The position numbers and the translations under genes were made by a program. A DNA stretch of 64,000 nt from a virus. The notes beneath the pieces were generated by a model. The model searched no databases and was not told where the DNA came from. It saw only the letters and a list, made by a program, of their open reading frames with translations. Below are positions 48,441 to 57,281 of the stretch, piece after piece (position 1 is the first letter of the stretch; every line of letters begins with the position of its first letter). The stretch is taken from IMG/VR virus record IMGVR_UViG_3300027762_000001; one strand, 5' to 3'.

Positions 48441-48704
48441 ATGTTAATTAATTATTTAGTAATAGGTTTAATAATAGCTCCATTTTACGTTATATTCTAC
48501 AAATTCATGAACAAAAAATATTTAAACTCAAAACTTGTAAAAGAAACATTGGGAGAAGATTATGGAAAAGCGTTTAAAACACCTTTAATATTAGAGTTAC
48601 TAGCGATACTTATGTCGATAATATTATGGCCGTTAACTGTGATAGGTTTTATAACAGCTCCATTTTACTATCCTGTATTGAAAAGATTTTATGATATGAC
48701 TTAG
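48441..48704 (+). CDS. small 2-TM protein (YLVIG...WP family)
   Basis: AGGTG RBS; YLVIG, LWP. Confidence 0.65.
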   Translation: MLINYLVIGLIIAPFYVIFYKFMNKKYLNSKLVKETLGEDYGKAFKTPLILELLAILMSIILWPLTVIGFITAPFYYPVLKRFYDMT

Positions 48705-48883
48705 AAAAAAATATTGACAATATATAAAAAAGATTATTAAAATAGTCTTAGTAAACATTATTCTCATGAGCTTTAAAAAAGCTCTTTTTTTTTGCCTATT
48801 TTTATTGATTTATTATTTAATTGTTATATAATATAGTTAAATGTGAGTAATCAACCATAGTCTGTTACCTCATAACTGACAAA

Positions 48884-48917
48884 AAATAACTACTATTAGA
48901 TAGTAGTTATTTTTTTG
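48884..48917. terminator. bidirectional terminator
   Basis: A-run-TAACTACTA-TTAGA-TAGTAGTTA-T-run. Confidence 0.7.
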
Positions 48918-49092
48918 ATTCGTAAAATTTATAAATGGCTTCAATTGTAGACTCTGCTTTTAATTTAGCTCTTATGTTAAACATGTGATTTTTAACAGTC
49001 GCAGTTTTTATGTTAAGCTTTGCCGCGACTTCTTTTTGATATAGCCCTGTCCTTATTAAGTCTAAAACTTCAATTTCTCTTTTAGATAGCAC
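48907..49092 (-). CDS. stand-alone LuxR/GerE-type HTH regulator
   Basis: LSKREIEVL.LI..G...KEVA.KLNI...TVKNHM.NI..KL. Confidence 0.85.
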   Translation of the reverse strand: MLSKREIEVLDLIRTGLYQKEVAAKLNIKTATVKNHMFNIRAKLKAESTIEAIYKFYESKK

Positions 49093-49103
49093 GTTATCAG
49101 CCC

Positions 49104-50531
49104 CTATAAAATAACTCTTCTCGCAAAAGCAAATTGACTTTTATACCATCCACTAAAACTTCTCACAAAGATACCATCACCAATTTTATCAACTGTTGAA
49201 TCTATTAATGTGTTCTCATCAATAAAAATCATTACATGAGATATTTTAGTCTTTGCTGCGTTAAAAGTAAAGAGCAGGTCTCCCTTTTCTAATTTTTCTG
49301 ATAATGCAAGTTTTATTCCAGCAACTTCAGATTGTCTATCAACTGCTGATGAAAACTTTATTCCAAGTCCATAGTTATATACCCATGAAGTAAAATTAGA
49401 ACAATCCATACCAAGCTCTGGAATATGTTTATGTTCATACGGTACCCCTATATATTTTTTAGCCACTTCAATAATTCTATCTTGTTGCCACATTATAGGG
49501 TCTACATTTTTAGGAATTATAACCTTAGGATAAATGGTTGCAGGAGGTCCCCATGTTGATTTACTGAACCACTCCTCAGGTGGTGTCGGCGTTTGAGGAA
49601 TACTATCTCTTTCTAAAAAGTCATAAGTTAAAGAGGCTCTATATTCTTCTTCAGTTAAAGGTCTAGGCTTAAACTCTGACTTAACTATTAGATCTTTTAT
49701 TAAATTATGCATAGCGTCATTATATTCACTATAGAAAATTGATACATTCTTTTTAGCATTTTCTATCGCTATATCTTTTATAGTATCAAAACTTCCCTCG
49801 ATTAATACCATATAAGTTTTGCTTGGTGCTACAATAACATCATCTTCTATGACTTTATCATCTTCCTCTGTAAGATAAATTAATGACTCAGTTATCATGG
49901 TATAATTTTTAACATCTAAATCAGGTCTAAAACTAAATAATATAACTCTACCCTCTCCATAATTAGAACTTACTATCGCGGGTATATTAGCAAAAAAATC
50001 ACCAGATTTTAAAGTGGTAGAGCCTACCCCTGTATAATTTGCAACTATATTAAGGTTATCTTTTGTACTATCAAAAACTTCAGGTCTCCATATAGGACCA
50101 TTTTGCATCCTTATTGTTGCCTTTGACTCATTTAAGTAAGAATCAAAAACGTCACTAGAATCAGATGTCATTATAATTTCTAAATCTCCACTTCCAGAAC
50201 TTCCACTAGAGTAATCAATATTTACAAGTCCTAACATTTTACAAGAACCTAAATATGCTCCAGATGAAATCCCTAAAAAACCTCCGCCACTTCTTATGTA
50301 ATCTAAAAGCGCTGACCTTCCATTCTCGCCTAGTCCATCATATTGTTTTTTTGCACTATCTCCAGGAAAATATAATACATGATAATTTTTAAAAAGGTTT
50401 AGCCAATCGTTGTAAGAAAAAGAGGCTTTGTCGGAAAATAAAGTTTTAGTAACACTTATGTCGCACTCGTTTGTTGATAGCGATGCAAGATTTGACCCTT
50501 CGAATTGTAAGACATTAATTAAAGCTGTCAT
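49104..50531 (-). CDS. BPL_N-like (class I GATase fold) domain fused to NlpC/P60 hydrolase
   Basis: FPGD...LGENG...L.DYI.SGGGFLGISSGAY...YGEGRVILF; C-terminal IGVPY...GMDCSNFT...SHVMIF. Confidence 0.75.
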   Translation of the reverse strand: MTALINVLQFEGSNLASLSTNECDISVTKTLFSDKASFSYNDWLNLFKNYHVLYFPGDSAKKQYDGLGENGRSALLDYIRSGGGFLGISSGAYLGSCKMLGLVNIDYSSGSSGSGDLEIIMTSDSSDVFDSYLNESKATIRMQNGPIWRPEVFDSTKDNLNIVANYTGVGSTTLKSGDFFANIPAIVSSNYGEGRVILFSFRPDLDVKNYTMITESLIYLTEEDDKVIEDDVIVAPSKTYMVLIEGSFDTIKDIAIENAKKNVSIFYSEYNDAMHNLIKDLIVKSEFKPRPLTEEEYRASLTYDFLERDSIPQTPTPPEEWFSKSTWGPPATIYPKVIIPKNVDPIMWQQDRIIEVAKKYIGVPYEHKHIPELGMDCSNFTSWVYNYGLGIKFSSAVDRQSEVAGIKLALSEKLEKGDLLFTFNAAKTKISHVMIFIDENTLIDSTVDKIGDGIFVRSFSGWYKSQFAFARRVIL

Positions 50532-50668
50532 AAATTCACCTCATTAAAAATATTTTACTTTAATTTTATCATTTAAAATAAAATAAAACTAAAGGTAAAT
50601 AGAGGTAAAAAAAGAATGGCTAATTTCTTAGCCATTATAAGTTAAGGAGTCTATGTGTGATTGTTGAT

Positions 50669-51814
50669 TTAATTTTCTTCTTTTTTTCTGTTTAATGCTT
50701 TATATACGCCATATCCACCCAGACCTACTGGGGCACCATAAACAGCTCCAGTTTCACCTAAACCTTTTGCTATTTGTTTTAAAGATTCTTTTCTTACATC
50801 TTTAGCGAAAACATTCTTTCTAGCATCTGTCATTCCCCAGTTTTTAGCTCCTGCTTCAATTTCAGATTTTGAATTTTTTAATCTTTTTACACCTTCTCTT
50901 AAGTTAGTAGCTTTAGCGCCTCTACCGGCAAATTGTCCAGCTCTTGAGTTAACAGCTTTCTCAACATTCTTTGTTACGAAATTTTTTATAGCTTCAAATT
51001 TCGCTTCTTTGTACATCTCTTCTGCGTAATAATAAGCTGCTTTTTCTTCATTCTCTCTTTTCTTTAGAAGTTTACTAGCTCCATAAGCGCCTAAACCAAT
51101 AGGAGCTCCATAGACAGCGCCAGTTTCACCTACTCCTTTTGCTAAATCTTTCCAAGCTTCTTTTTCTTTTAAGCCAAATAATTTTAATTCTTCAATTCCA
51201 TCTCTTATATTTTTAGCTTTAGCTCCTCTTTCAATAAATCTTCCAGCCTTTGAATTTTTAACTTTGCCAGCACCCTCTATTGCTAATTGTGATGCTCTAC
51301 CACCAAGTTCTCTTGCTTTACCAGCGCCTCCTGCAATAAGATCTTTCATAGCTTCAAATTTTGCCACTTTATACATCTCTTCATACATTTCGTAAGCTGC
51401 TTTTTCTTCATCTTTTCTTTTCTTCAAAAGCTTATTAGCCCCATAAGCACCTAAACCAATAGGAGCCCCATAGACTAATCCAGTTTCACCTACTCCTTTT
51501 GCCAAATCTTTCCAAGCTTCTTTTTCTTTTAAGCCAAATAATTTTAATTCTTCAATTCCATCTCTTATATTTTGGGCTTTAGCTCCTCTTTCAATAAATC
51601 TTCCGGCTTTTGAATTTTTAACTTTGCCAGCACCCTCTATTGCTAATTGTGATGCTCTACCACCAAGTTCTCTTGCTTTGCCAGCACCCTCTATTGCTAA
51701 TTGTGATGCTCTACCACCAAGTTCTCTTGCTTTGCCAGCACCTCCTGCAATAAGATCTTTCATTGCCTCAAATTTTGCTACTTTATACATCTCTTCATAC
51801 ATCTCTTCATACAT
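50669..51814 (-). CDS. three-module K-x-A tag polyprotein with Gly-zipper helices
   Basis: Tags EEMYKVA (x2) and EEMYKEA; about 360-372-nt tandem repeats; each module ends YGAP.GLG.YG..K.L.K. Confidence 0.8.
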   Translation of the reverse strand: MYEEMYEEMYKVAKFEAMKDLIAGGAGKARELGGRASQLAIEGAGKARELGGRASQLAIEGAGKVKNSKAGRFIERGAKAQNIRDGIEELKLFGLKEKEAWKDLAKGVGETGLVYGAPIGLGAYGANKLLKKRKDEEKAAYEMYEEMYKVAKFEAMKDLIAGGAGKARELGGRASQLAIEGAGKVKNSKAGRFIERGAKAKNIRDGIEELKLFGLKEKEAWKDLAKGVGETGAVYGAPIGLGAYGASKLLKKRENEEKAAYYYAEEMYKEAKFEAIKNFVTKNVEKAVNSRAGQFAGRGAKATNLREGVKRLKNSKSEIEAGAKNWGMTDARKNVFAKDVRKESLKQIAKGLGETGAVYGAPVGLGGYGVYKALNRKKEEN

Positions 51815-51830
51815 AACATTTGCCTCCTTA

Positions 51831-52505
51831 TTATTTTGAATTTACCATATCATTTAAAATCTTTTGTCTATAAGCTGCTGCAGCATAATTCGCAGCATCT
51901 GACATTTTTTTGTCACTTAATGATTTTACATAATCAGTTGGTGACATATTTTCTCTTATTAAATTTTTCATCTTACTTCCAGGTAATCTTTCAACATCTT
52001 CCCAAGTCTCATCTCTCATTGGACCGTGAATACCTTTTCTATGTTTTTCATCCATTAAAAGCTTACCTATACCTCCAACTCCAGCCCCTAATAAAGCTCC
52101 GATACCTACTGCTCCTGGTTTTACTCCTTTTGCAAAGTTTTTCAATGCTTCTCCTCTAGCTCCAGCATTTTGAAGAACAGCTTTTGCCCCTTGTAAATTA
52201 GAAAGTATAGCTCCTCCTATAGCAGATCCAGCTATAGCTCCAGCCAAAGCTTTTCCGCCATGAGGATGTTTTGTTTTATATCTTTCATCGTTGAAGGCTT
52301 CATCTTCTACATATTGATTAAAGAGTGGATGCCCCTCAACATAGTCTCTAACGTCTTTTTCAAAGTAACTTCTCATTTCAGGGGTTCCTGCTTCGCCATA
52401 ACCAACAAATCCATCCATTAATTCATTTAATTTATTGCCCTTATATTCCGGTGTTACTTCTGCTAACTTGTAGATAGCGTCTTTATACATTGCTACTTTG
52501 TTCAT
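51831..52505 (-). CDS. K-x-A tag protein with Gly-zipper helices
   Basis: Leader MNKVAMYKDAIYKLA; GAIAGSAIGGAI, GIGALLGAGVGG. Confidence 0.8.
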   Translation of the reverse strand: MNKVAMYKDAIYKLAEVTPEYKGNKLNELMDGFVGYGEAGTPEMRSYFEKDVRDYVEGHPLFNQYVEDEAFNDERYKTKHPHGGKALAGAIAGSAIGGAILSNLQGAKAVLQNAGARGEALKNFAKGVKPGAVGIGALLGAGVGGIGKLLMDEKHRKGIHGPMRDETWEDVERLPGSKMKNLIRENMSPTDYVKSLSDKKMSDAANYAAAAYRQKILNDMVNSK

Positions 52506-52516
52506 CTTTACCCTCC

Positions 52517-53437
52517 TTAATATTGATTTTGATTTTGGTTTTGATTATTGCCACTCATGATACTTCCACCCGCATAACCTAAACCAAGCCCACCTAGTCC
52601 AACCTTTGTTCTAGTTAGCCATGGTTTTTTTGTTACATTTTGAACTAATCCTGAATCCTCAGGCTTTATAGTGCTTGCAATATTAATTTTTTTAATTTGA
52701 TCAATTTGATTAACTTTAGCTCTCGGCATAACTTTACTCGCAACATTTTTAGCTCCAGTCGCAATATTTTTACCCCACCTTGTAAAGGTAGGAAGTTGTC
52801 TTGCAGCAAATCCTGCAACAGCTCCCGCAACCGCCTCTTTATATATTGCCTCTTTGTAAAATTCACACAAGTATTCACTTGCTTCTTTGTTGTTCAATAT
52901 CTGTGGTGCTACTTTTTTAGTTTTATGCGGAATATTTTTATTTTCTAATATATCAGCTAACATTGCTCTTGTCTTGTAATCCATTTTATCGCTATATTCT
53001 TTAGATATTCTGTTTTGTTTTGCCTCATATTCCTTTGCCTTTGACTCATATCTCTTACCTTTTTTATAAGCTCCAGCTCCAGCTAAACCAGTTAAACCTA
53101 AAGCAACTGCATATGGTGTATTGGGATTTGATGGCTTATAAGAACCGGAACCAGTAAAACCTAGTGCAGATTTTAATCCTTGATAACCACCGCTAAATCC
53201 ACCCTTGAGAGCGCCTTTAGCTGCTCCAGCTGTAGCTCCAGCCTCCATAGATCTAGCAACATTTTGAACAGGTCTTGATCTGTAAAATGTTGTAAACCCT
53301 TCTTTTATACCTGAGCCGATTGATGATAGTTTATCTTTAACTCCTTTACCCATTTGCAATATTTTACTTTTAATATTTGCCTCTTTATATATTGCCTCTT
53401 TATACATTGCAACTTTCTCCATTGCTATTTTATCCAT
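52517..53437 (-). CDS. two-module K-x-A tag protein with Gly-zipper helices
   Basis: MDKIAMEKVAMYKEAIYKEA; internal KEASEYLCEFYKEAIYKEA. Confidence 0.8.
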   Translation of the reverse strand: MDKIAMEKVAMYKEAIYKEANIKSKILQMGKGVKDKLSSIGSGIKEGFTTFYRSRPVQNVARSMEAGATAGAAKGALKGGFSGGYQGLKSALGFTGSGSYKPSNPNTPYAVALGLTGLAGAGAYKKGKRYESKAKEYEAKQNRISKEYSDKMDYKTRAMLADILENKNIPHKTKKVAPQILNNKEASEYLCEFYKEAIYKEAVAGAVAGFAARQLPTFTRWGKNIATGAKNVASKVMPRAKVNQIDQIKKINIASTIKPEDSGLVQNVTKKPWLTRTKVGLGGLGLGYAGGSIMSGNNQNQNQNQY

Positions 53438-53470
53438 TTTTTTTAAATCCCCCTTTATATAAAATATTTC

Positions 53471-54838
53471 TTAGATTTTTTTGTTAGCTTTATCTTTTAC
53501 ACCTTCGTGGCTTTCATTGATATTGTTCAATGAGTCTATATTTTTACTTGCATCTCCGACACTCTTTCTTAATTTATTAAATTTATATCCGTACTTAACT
53601 GTCTTATTAAACATTGCAGCTTCTTTTTTTATATCATCTTTCTTTAAAAGGTTTTTCCCTATTCCATATGCAGCTCCAAGTCCTGCGCCTATCACCACAT
53701 ATTTTCCAGTTTTCTTCGACACACGTTTTAATTTTTCGAGCTTTTTCGCGTGTTTTAAGTTATCTCTATTTTTTAATATATCATAAATAGCTATAGGAAT
53801 GCCAGTACCAGCTCCAATTAATAATCCATTTTCTATATAAGGATTTATTCCTTTTTCTTTTGCAAGTTCATATAGACTGTTTTTGTCATTTTTCTCTCTT
53901 TTTTTTAAGAAGAAAGCTTTTTTCTCTAATTGCGAATTTAACTCTAAAAGTCTTTTATCATAATAATCTTTATCAACCAAATATTCTTCTCGATTATTAT
54001 TAATAAGATCTTCTATACCTTTTTTCTCATATCTTTTAAACCAAGGAGTTTGACTTATAACTCCTAATGCCATAAAAGGTGTTGTCATAATACCTAATCC
54101 TGTTCCAATGGTTGCCACTGTTTGCTTTCCCATTTCTTTATATAATTGATTGTTAAATTTTTCAGCTCTACCAATTAGCTGCTTTGATCTGTTTATTCTA
54201 GATTCAGCTAATGCTTGATATGACCGCCTAACAGGATTTAAAGCTTCGCCCCAAGCATTATTGTCTAAAAAATTAGGCTTTACTCTTCTTGCTTGATCTA
54301 AAAGATAATTAGCTTCATCTATTGGTTTTTGAGAAGATTCTAATACTTTCATCTGTAGAGCTTGATATTTATCAATATTTCTACCCTTCATAATATCAGC
54401 ATAAGACTTAAAAGGTTTTGTTATTTTTTTTACAATATTAAGTTTGGCAGTTTTATTTATCTCACTTTTTTTACCCTTATTTTTTAATTCATTATATTGC
54501 TTTATACCTTTTACTAGCCCAGGTATAGCTACTGTACCTATTCCTATTCCGGCACCTAAACCAATTCCTCCCAAGAATTGACTTGCAGCAAGTCTACGTG
54601 CTAATCTTTCATAACTTTTAGCAAGCTCTGGTTCAAATGATTTTATTGCATCAGAAGGTTTAACTTTTTTATATATATTTTGTGCCATTAAAGTGCCTGG
54701 CACAACTCCTAAACCTCCACCAATAGCCATATGTTTTAAGGTCTTCAAGTTTCTTAATTTATGACTCGGATCATATTCTTCTGTTTTTATATTTGCTATC
54801 TTTATTATATACTCTCTATACGTTGTCACTTTATCCAT
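53471..54838 (-). CDS. multi-module K-x-A tag protein with Gly-zipper helices
   Basis: MDKVTTYREYIIKIA; internal NKTA, EKKA, KKEA; several GxGxG hydrophobic segments. Confidence 0.8.
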   Translation of the reverse strand: MDKVTTYREYIIKIANIKTEEYDPSHKLRNLKTLKHMAIGGGLGVVPGTLMAQNIYKKVKPSDAIKSFEPELAKSYERLARRLAASQFLGGIGLGAGIGIGTVAIPGLVKGIKQYNELKNKGKKSEINKTAKLNIVKKITKPFKSYADIMKGRNIDKYQALQMKVLESSQKPIDEANYLLDQARRVKPNFLDNNAWGEALNPVRRSYQALAESRINRSKQLIGRAEKFNNQLYKEMGKQTVATIGTGLGIMTTPFMALGVISQTPWFKRYEKKGIEDLINNNREEYLVDKDYYDKRLLELNSQLEKKAFFLKKREKNDKNSLYELAKEKGINPYIENGLLIGAGTGIPIAIYDILKNRDNLKHAKKLEKLKRVSKKTGKYVVIGAGLGAAYGIGKNLLKKDDIKKEAAMFNKTVKYGYKFNKLRKSVGDASKNIDSLNNINESHEGVKDKANKKI

Positions 54839-54878
54839 AAAAGCACTCCTTTATCATAGGATTCCTGATGAACCATAT

Positions 54879-57281
54879 TTACTCTCTTTTTAATCTATTA
54901 TTTATTGTATCCTCTATCATTTTTTGAGTTTTAAGACCTGTCTTATATTGTGTATCAGAAGATAATCCACTTAAAACTCCTCCTCCTAACATTGAGCCTG
55001 CTGTAGTTAGAGCGGTAAATGCTCTTAACCCGCCTTCATCAACTGGCTTACCTTTGTAAAATTTATCTTTTATTTTTTTCCCTTGAGATTTCAAATTGTC
55101 CATGCCGGTTGAAATTTTATTTGTTTTATGAGCTATACCCTCTAAATCTTTTAAATCCTCAGTATTAATTTTTTCTGCATTTTTAAATTTATTTGTAATT
55201 TTAGATCTTAAATTTTTAGTTGTTTGAACTAAGTCATCAGTTTCTCTTAAAACCTCTTGGCCTTTATCTTTATATTTTGAGAAAGGCCCTAATGATTTAG
55301 TGTATCTATAAAGAGCTTTTGGATTAAATGCATCTAAGGCTCCCCTTGTCATAATACTAAATTCTTTTGATAAAGATGGATTTTTCTTTTTTAATGCTAA
55401 AGCAGTAGCACCTGTTAATGCTGCAGGGAGAAGAACACCTGCAGTTGCTCCGCTTATAACCCCGCCAATATTGCCTATCCGCCTATGTCTATTATGATCC
55501 TCTTTGTCTTTTAATGCTTTTTTAAAAGTCATAACGCCTGTGGGATCAATTCCTGCAGCAAAATCATGTAAATAAGATTTTGCTTTTGATTCCGCCATCT
55601 TTACTATCTCTTCTTTGTATCTCGCTATTTTATTCATACCATATTCCTCCATTGCCTCTTTATCTTCTATATCTTCTATATTTTTATCTTTTTTTATTGC
55701 TTTATTTAAAAGCATAGTACCGCCTGATGCCAGGGCAACTCCACTACCAAATCTTCCTGGGTATTTTTTTATATATCCTGGAAGATTTTTGCCTACATAT
55801 TTCATTTTATCTATTAGTTTAGCGTCACTTCCTTTTATGGCTTCAATAGGTATATCATGATTTGTTTTTGCTCCAAGCATATGTTTTACTAAAAATTCGC
55901 CAATTCTATTTATAGGCTTTGCCATATGTTCATCAGGTAAGGCTTTATTCCATTGATCATAAGGTAGATTTATTTTTACAAGCTTACCACCTTTTTGCAT
56001 TTTAACGAAAAGATTATCTATTATATACTTACTTTTTTCATTTGCTATATTTGCAAACTGTCTTGCAATACTTTTTCTTTTAGTAAAGTGTACATTACCC
56101 TTACTGGTATCCTTGAATATCTTTGATGCACCTGAATTATTAGATGCTCTTGCAAGAGCATCGGAGGCTCCTCCAGTACTACCCTTTGATGCTCTTAGCC
56201 CGCCACTTTTTATTCCATCCCAATTTTTTAAAGTAGTTCCATGATAAACTCTCTGTTGGCCTAACAATCTTTTTTTAGATGCTGATAATAAACCAATTCC
56301 ACCTGCACCTGCAACTAATCTTGTAGACGTTGAAGTTTCCTTCTCTTCTGCCATCTTTATTATCTCTTCTTTATACATTGCCTCTTTATCTTCTATGTTT
56401 TTATCTACATGCCACCCTGCAAATGATGGCTTTACTAACACTTTATTTTTAGATAAGTCTAATGCCTTTACCTTTGCAACTAACCCTTTATACTTATCAG
56501 GATTTTTTAACATATCCTCTTTTTCTTTGTGATTAAAGCCTGTTCCAACTTTTCCTACAGCCTTTCCATCTGGTGTCCATGAATATGTAAATCCTCCCGC
56601 CATAGACTTTCTTCCTGCCTTTACTCCCTCTTCTTTAAATATATCTTTTATGTAAACGTCGTAATCGTCTATAATCTTAGCTTTTATAAATGGTTTATTA
56701 GTTAAGTGTAAGTCGTGTACTACTAATCCTTCTTTTGTTTGAGGATGACTTTTACTTAGTATTTTATTTAATAGTGACTCTTTTTCTTTTTCACTATATG
56801 CAATGTCAGGTAATATATAGTTTGGATTTTTCTTTACTATATCTTCTAATATTTTTCTTTTAACGGAAAATGGAGCGCGTCTTAAATCTTCTCCATCATA
56901 CTCATCTACATCTATTAGAGCTGTCCTAGTTTTAATGTCTAATTTTTTTTGTAAATCTAATGACTTTTGAGTTTTGCTATTTAAAAGCGCAGTTACAACA
57001 TCAGGGTGAACAGCTTTGCCTTTTTTATCAGTGGCAAAAGTTTCACCCCTTACTATAGCATTACAGTCACATATAGGTTTTTGAACATGTAAAAGTTTAG
57101 GGGTATAATCTATCGGCTCACCTGTTCTTTTAGAAATCCTATGAGAGAAGTGTTTTGGCACTTCCCCTGGATTCATATTGATAATTGTATGAGCACCATC
57201 TATTTTAGCAGTCCACGCTTCAGCTAAAGATGGATTTAATTTTTTAATGTCTTGCTTTTTATAAACTGGTTTAGTTGGCAT
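54879..57281 (-). CDS. polyprotein: ATP-dependent DNA ligase + ADP-ribosyltransferase-like domain + Gly-zipper module
   Basis: Ligase motifs KIDG (I), RGE (III), EGLVV (IV), KAK (V), VGTGF (OB). Then MYKEEIIKMA and RVYHGTT..WDGIKSGGL...VHFT (ART-like). Then MNKIARYKEEIVKMA. Confidence 0.75.
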   Translation of the reverse strand: MPTKPVYKKQDIKKLNPSLAEAWTAKIDGAHTIINMNPGEVPKHFSHRISKRTGEPIDYTPKLLHVQKPICDCNAIVRGETFATDKKGKAVHPDVVTALLNSKTQKSLDLQKKLDIKTRTALIDVDEYDGEDLRRAPFSVKRKILEDIVKKNPNYILPDIAYSEKEKESLLNKILSKSHPQTKEGLVVHDLHLTNKPFIKAKIIDDYDVYIKDIFKEEGVKAGRKSMAGGFTYSWTPDGKAVGKVGTGFNHKEKEDMLKNPDKYKGLVAKVKALDLSKNKVLVKPSFAGWHVDKNIEDKEAMYKEEIIKMAEEKETSTSTRLVAGAGGIGLLSASKKRLLGQQRVYHGTTLKNWDGIKSGGLRASKGSTGGASDALARASNNSGASKIFKDTSKGNVHFTKRKSIARQFANIANEKSKYIIDNLFVKMQKGGKLVKINLPYDQWNKALPDEHMAKPINRIGEFLVKHMLGAKTNHDIPIEAIKGSDAKLIDKMKYVGKNLPGYIKKYPGRFGSGVALASGGTMLLNKAIKKDKNIEDIEDKEAMEEYGMNKIARYKEEIVKMAESKAKSYLHDFAAGIDPTGVMTFKKALKDKEDHNRHRRIGNIGGVISGATAGVLLPAALTGATALALKKKNPSLSKEFSIMTRGALDAFNPKALYRYTKSLGPFSKYKDKGQEVLRETDDLVQTTKNLRSKITNKFKNAEKINTEDLKDLEGIAHKTNKISTGMDNLKSQGKKIKDKFYKGKPVDEGGLRAFTALTTAGSMLGGGVLSGLSSDTQYKTGLKTQKMIEDTINNRLKRE

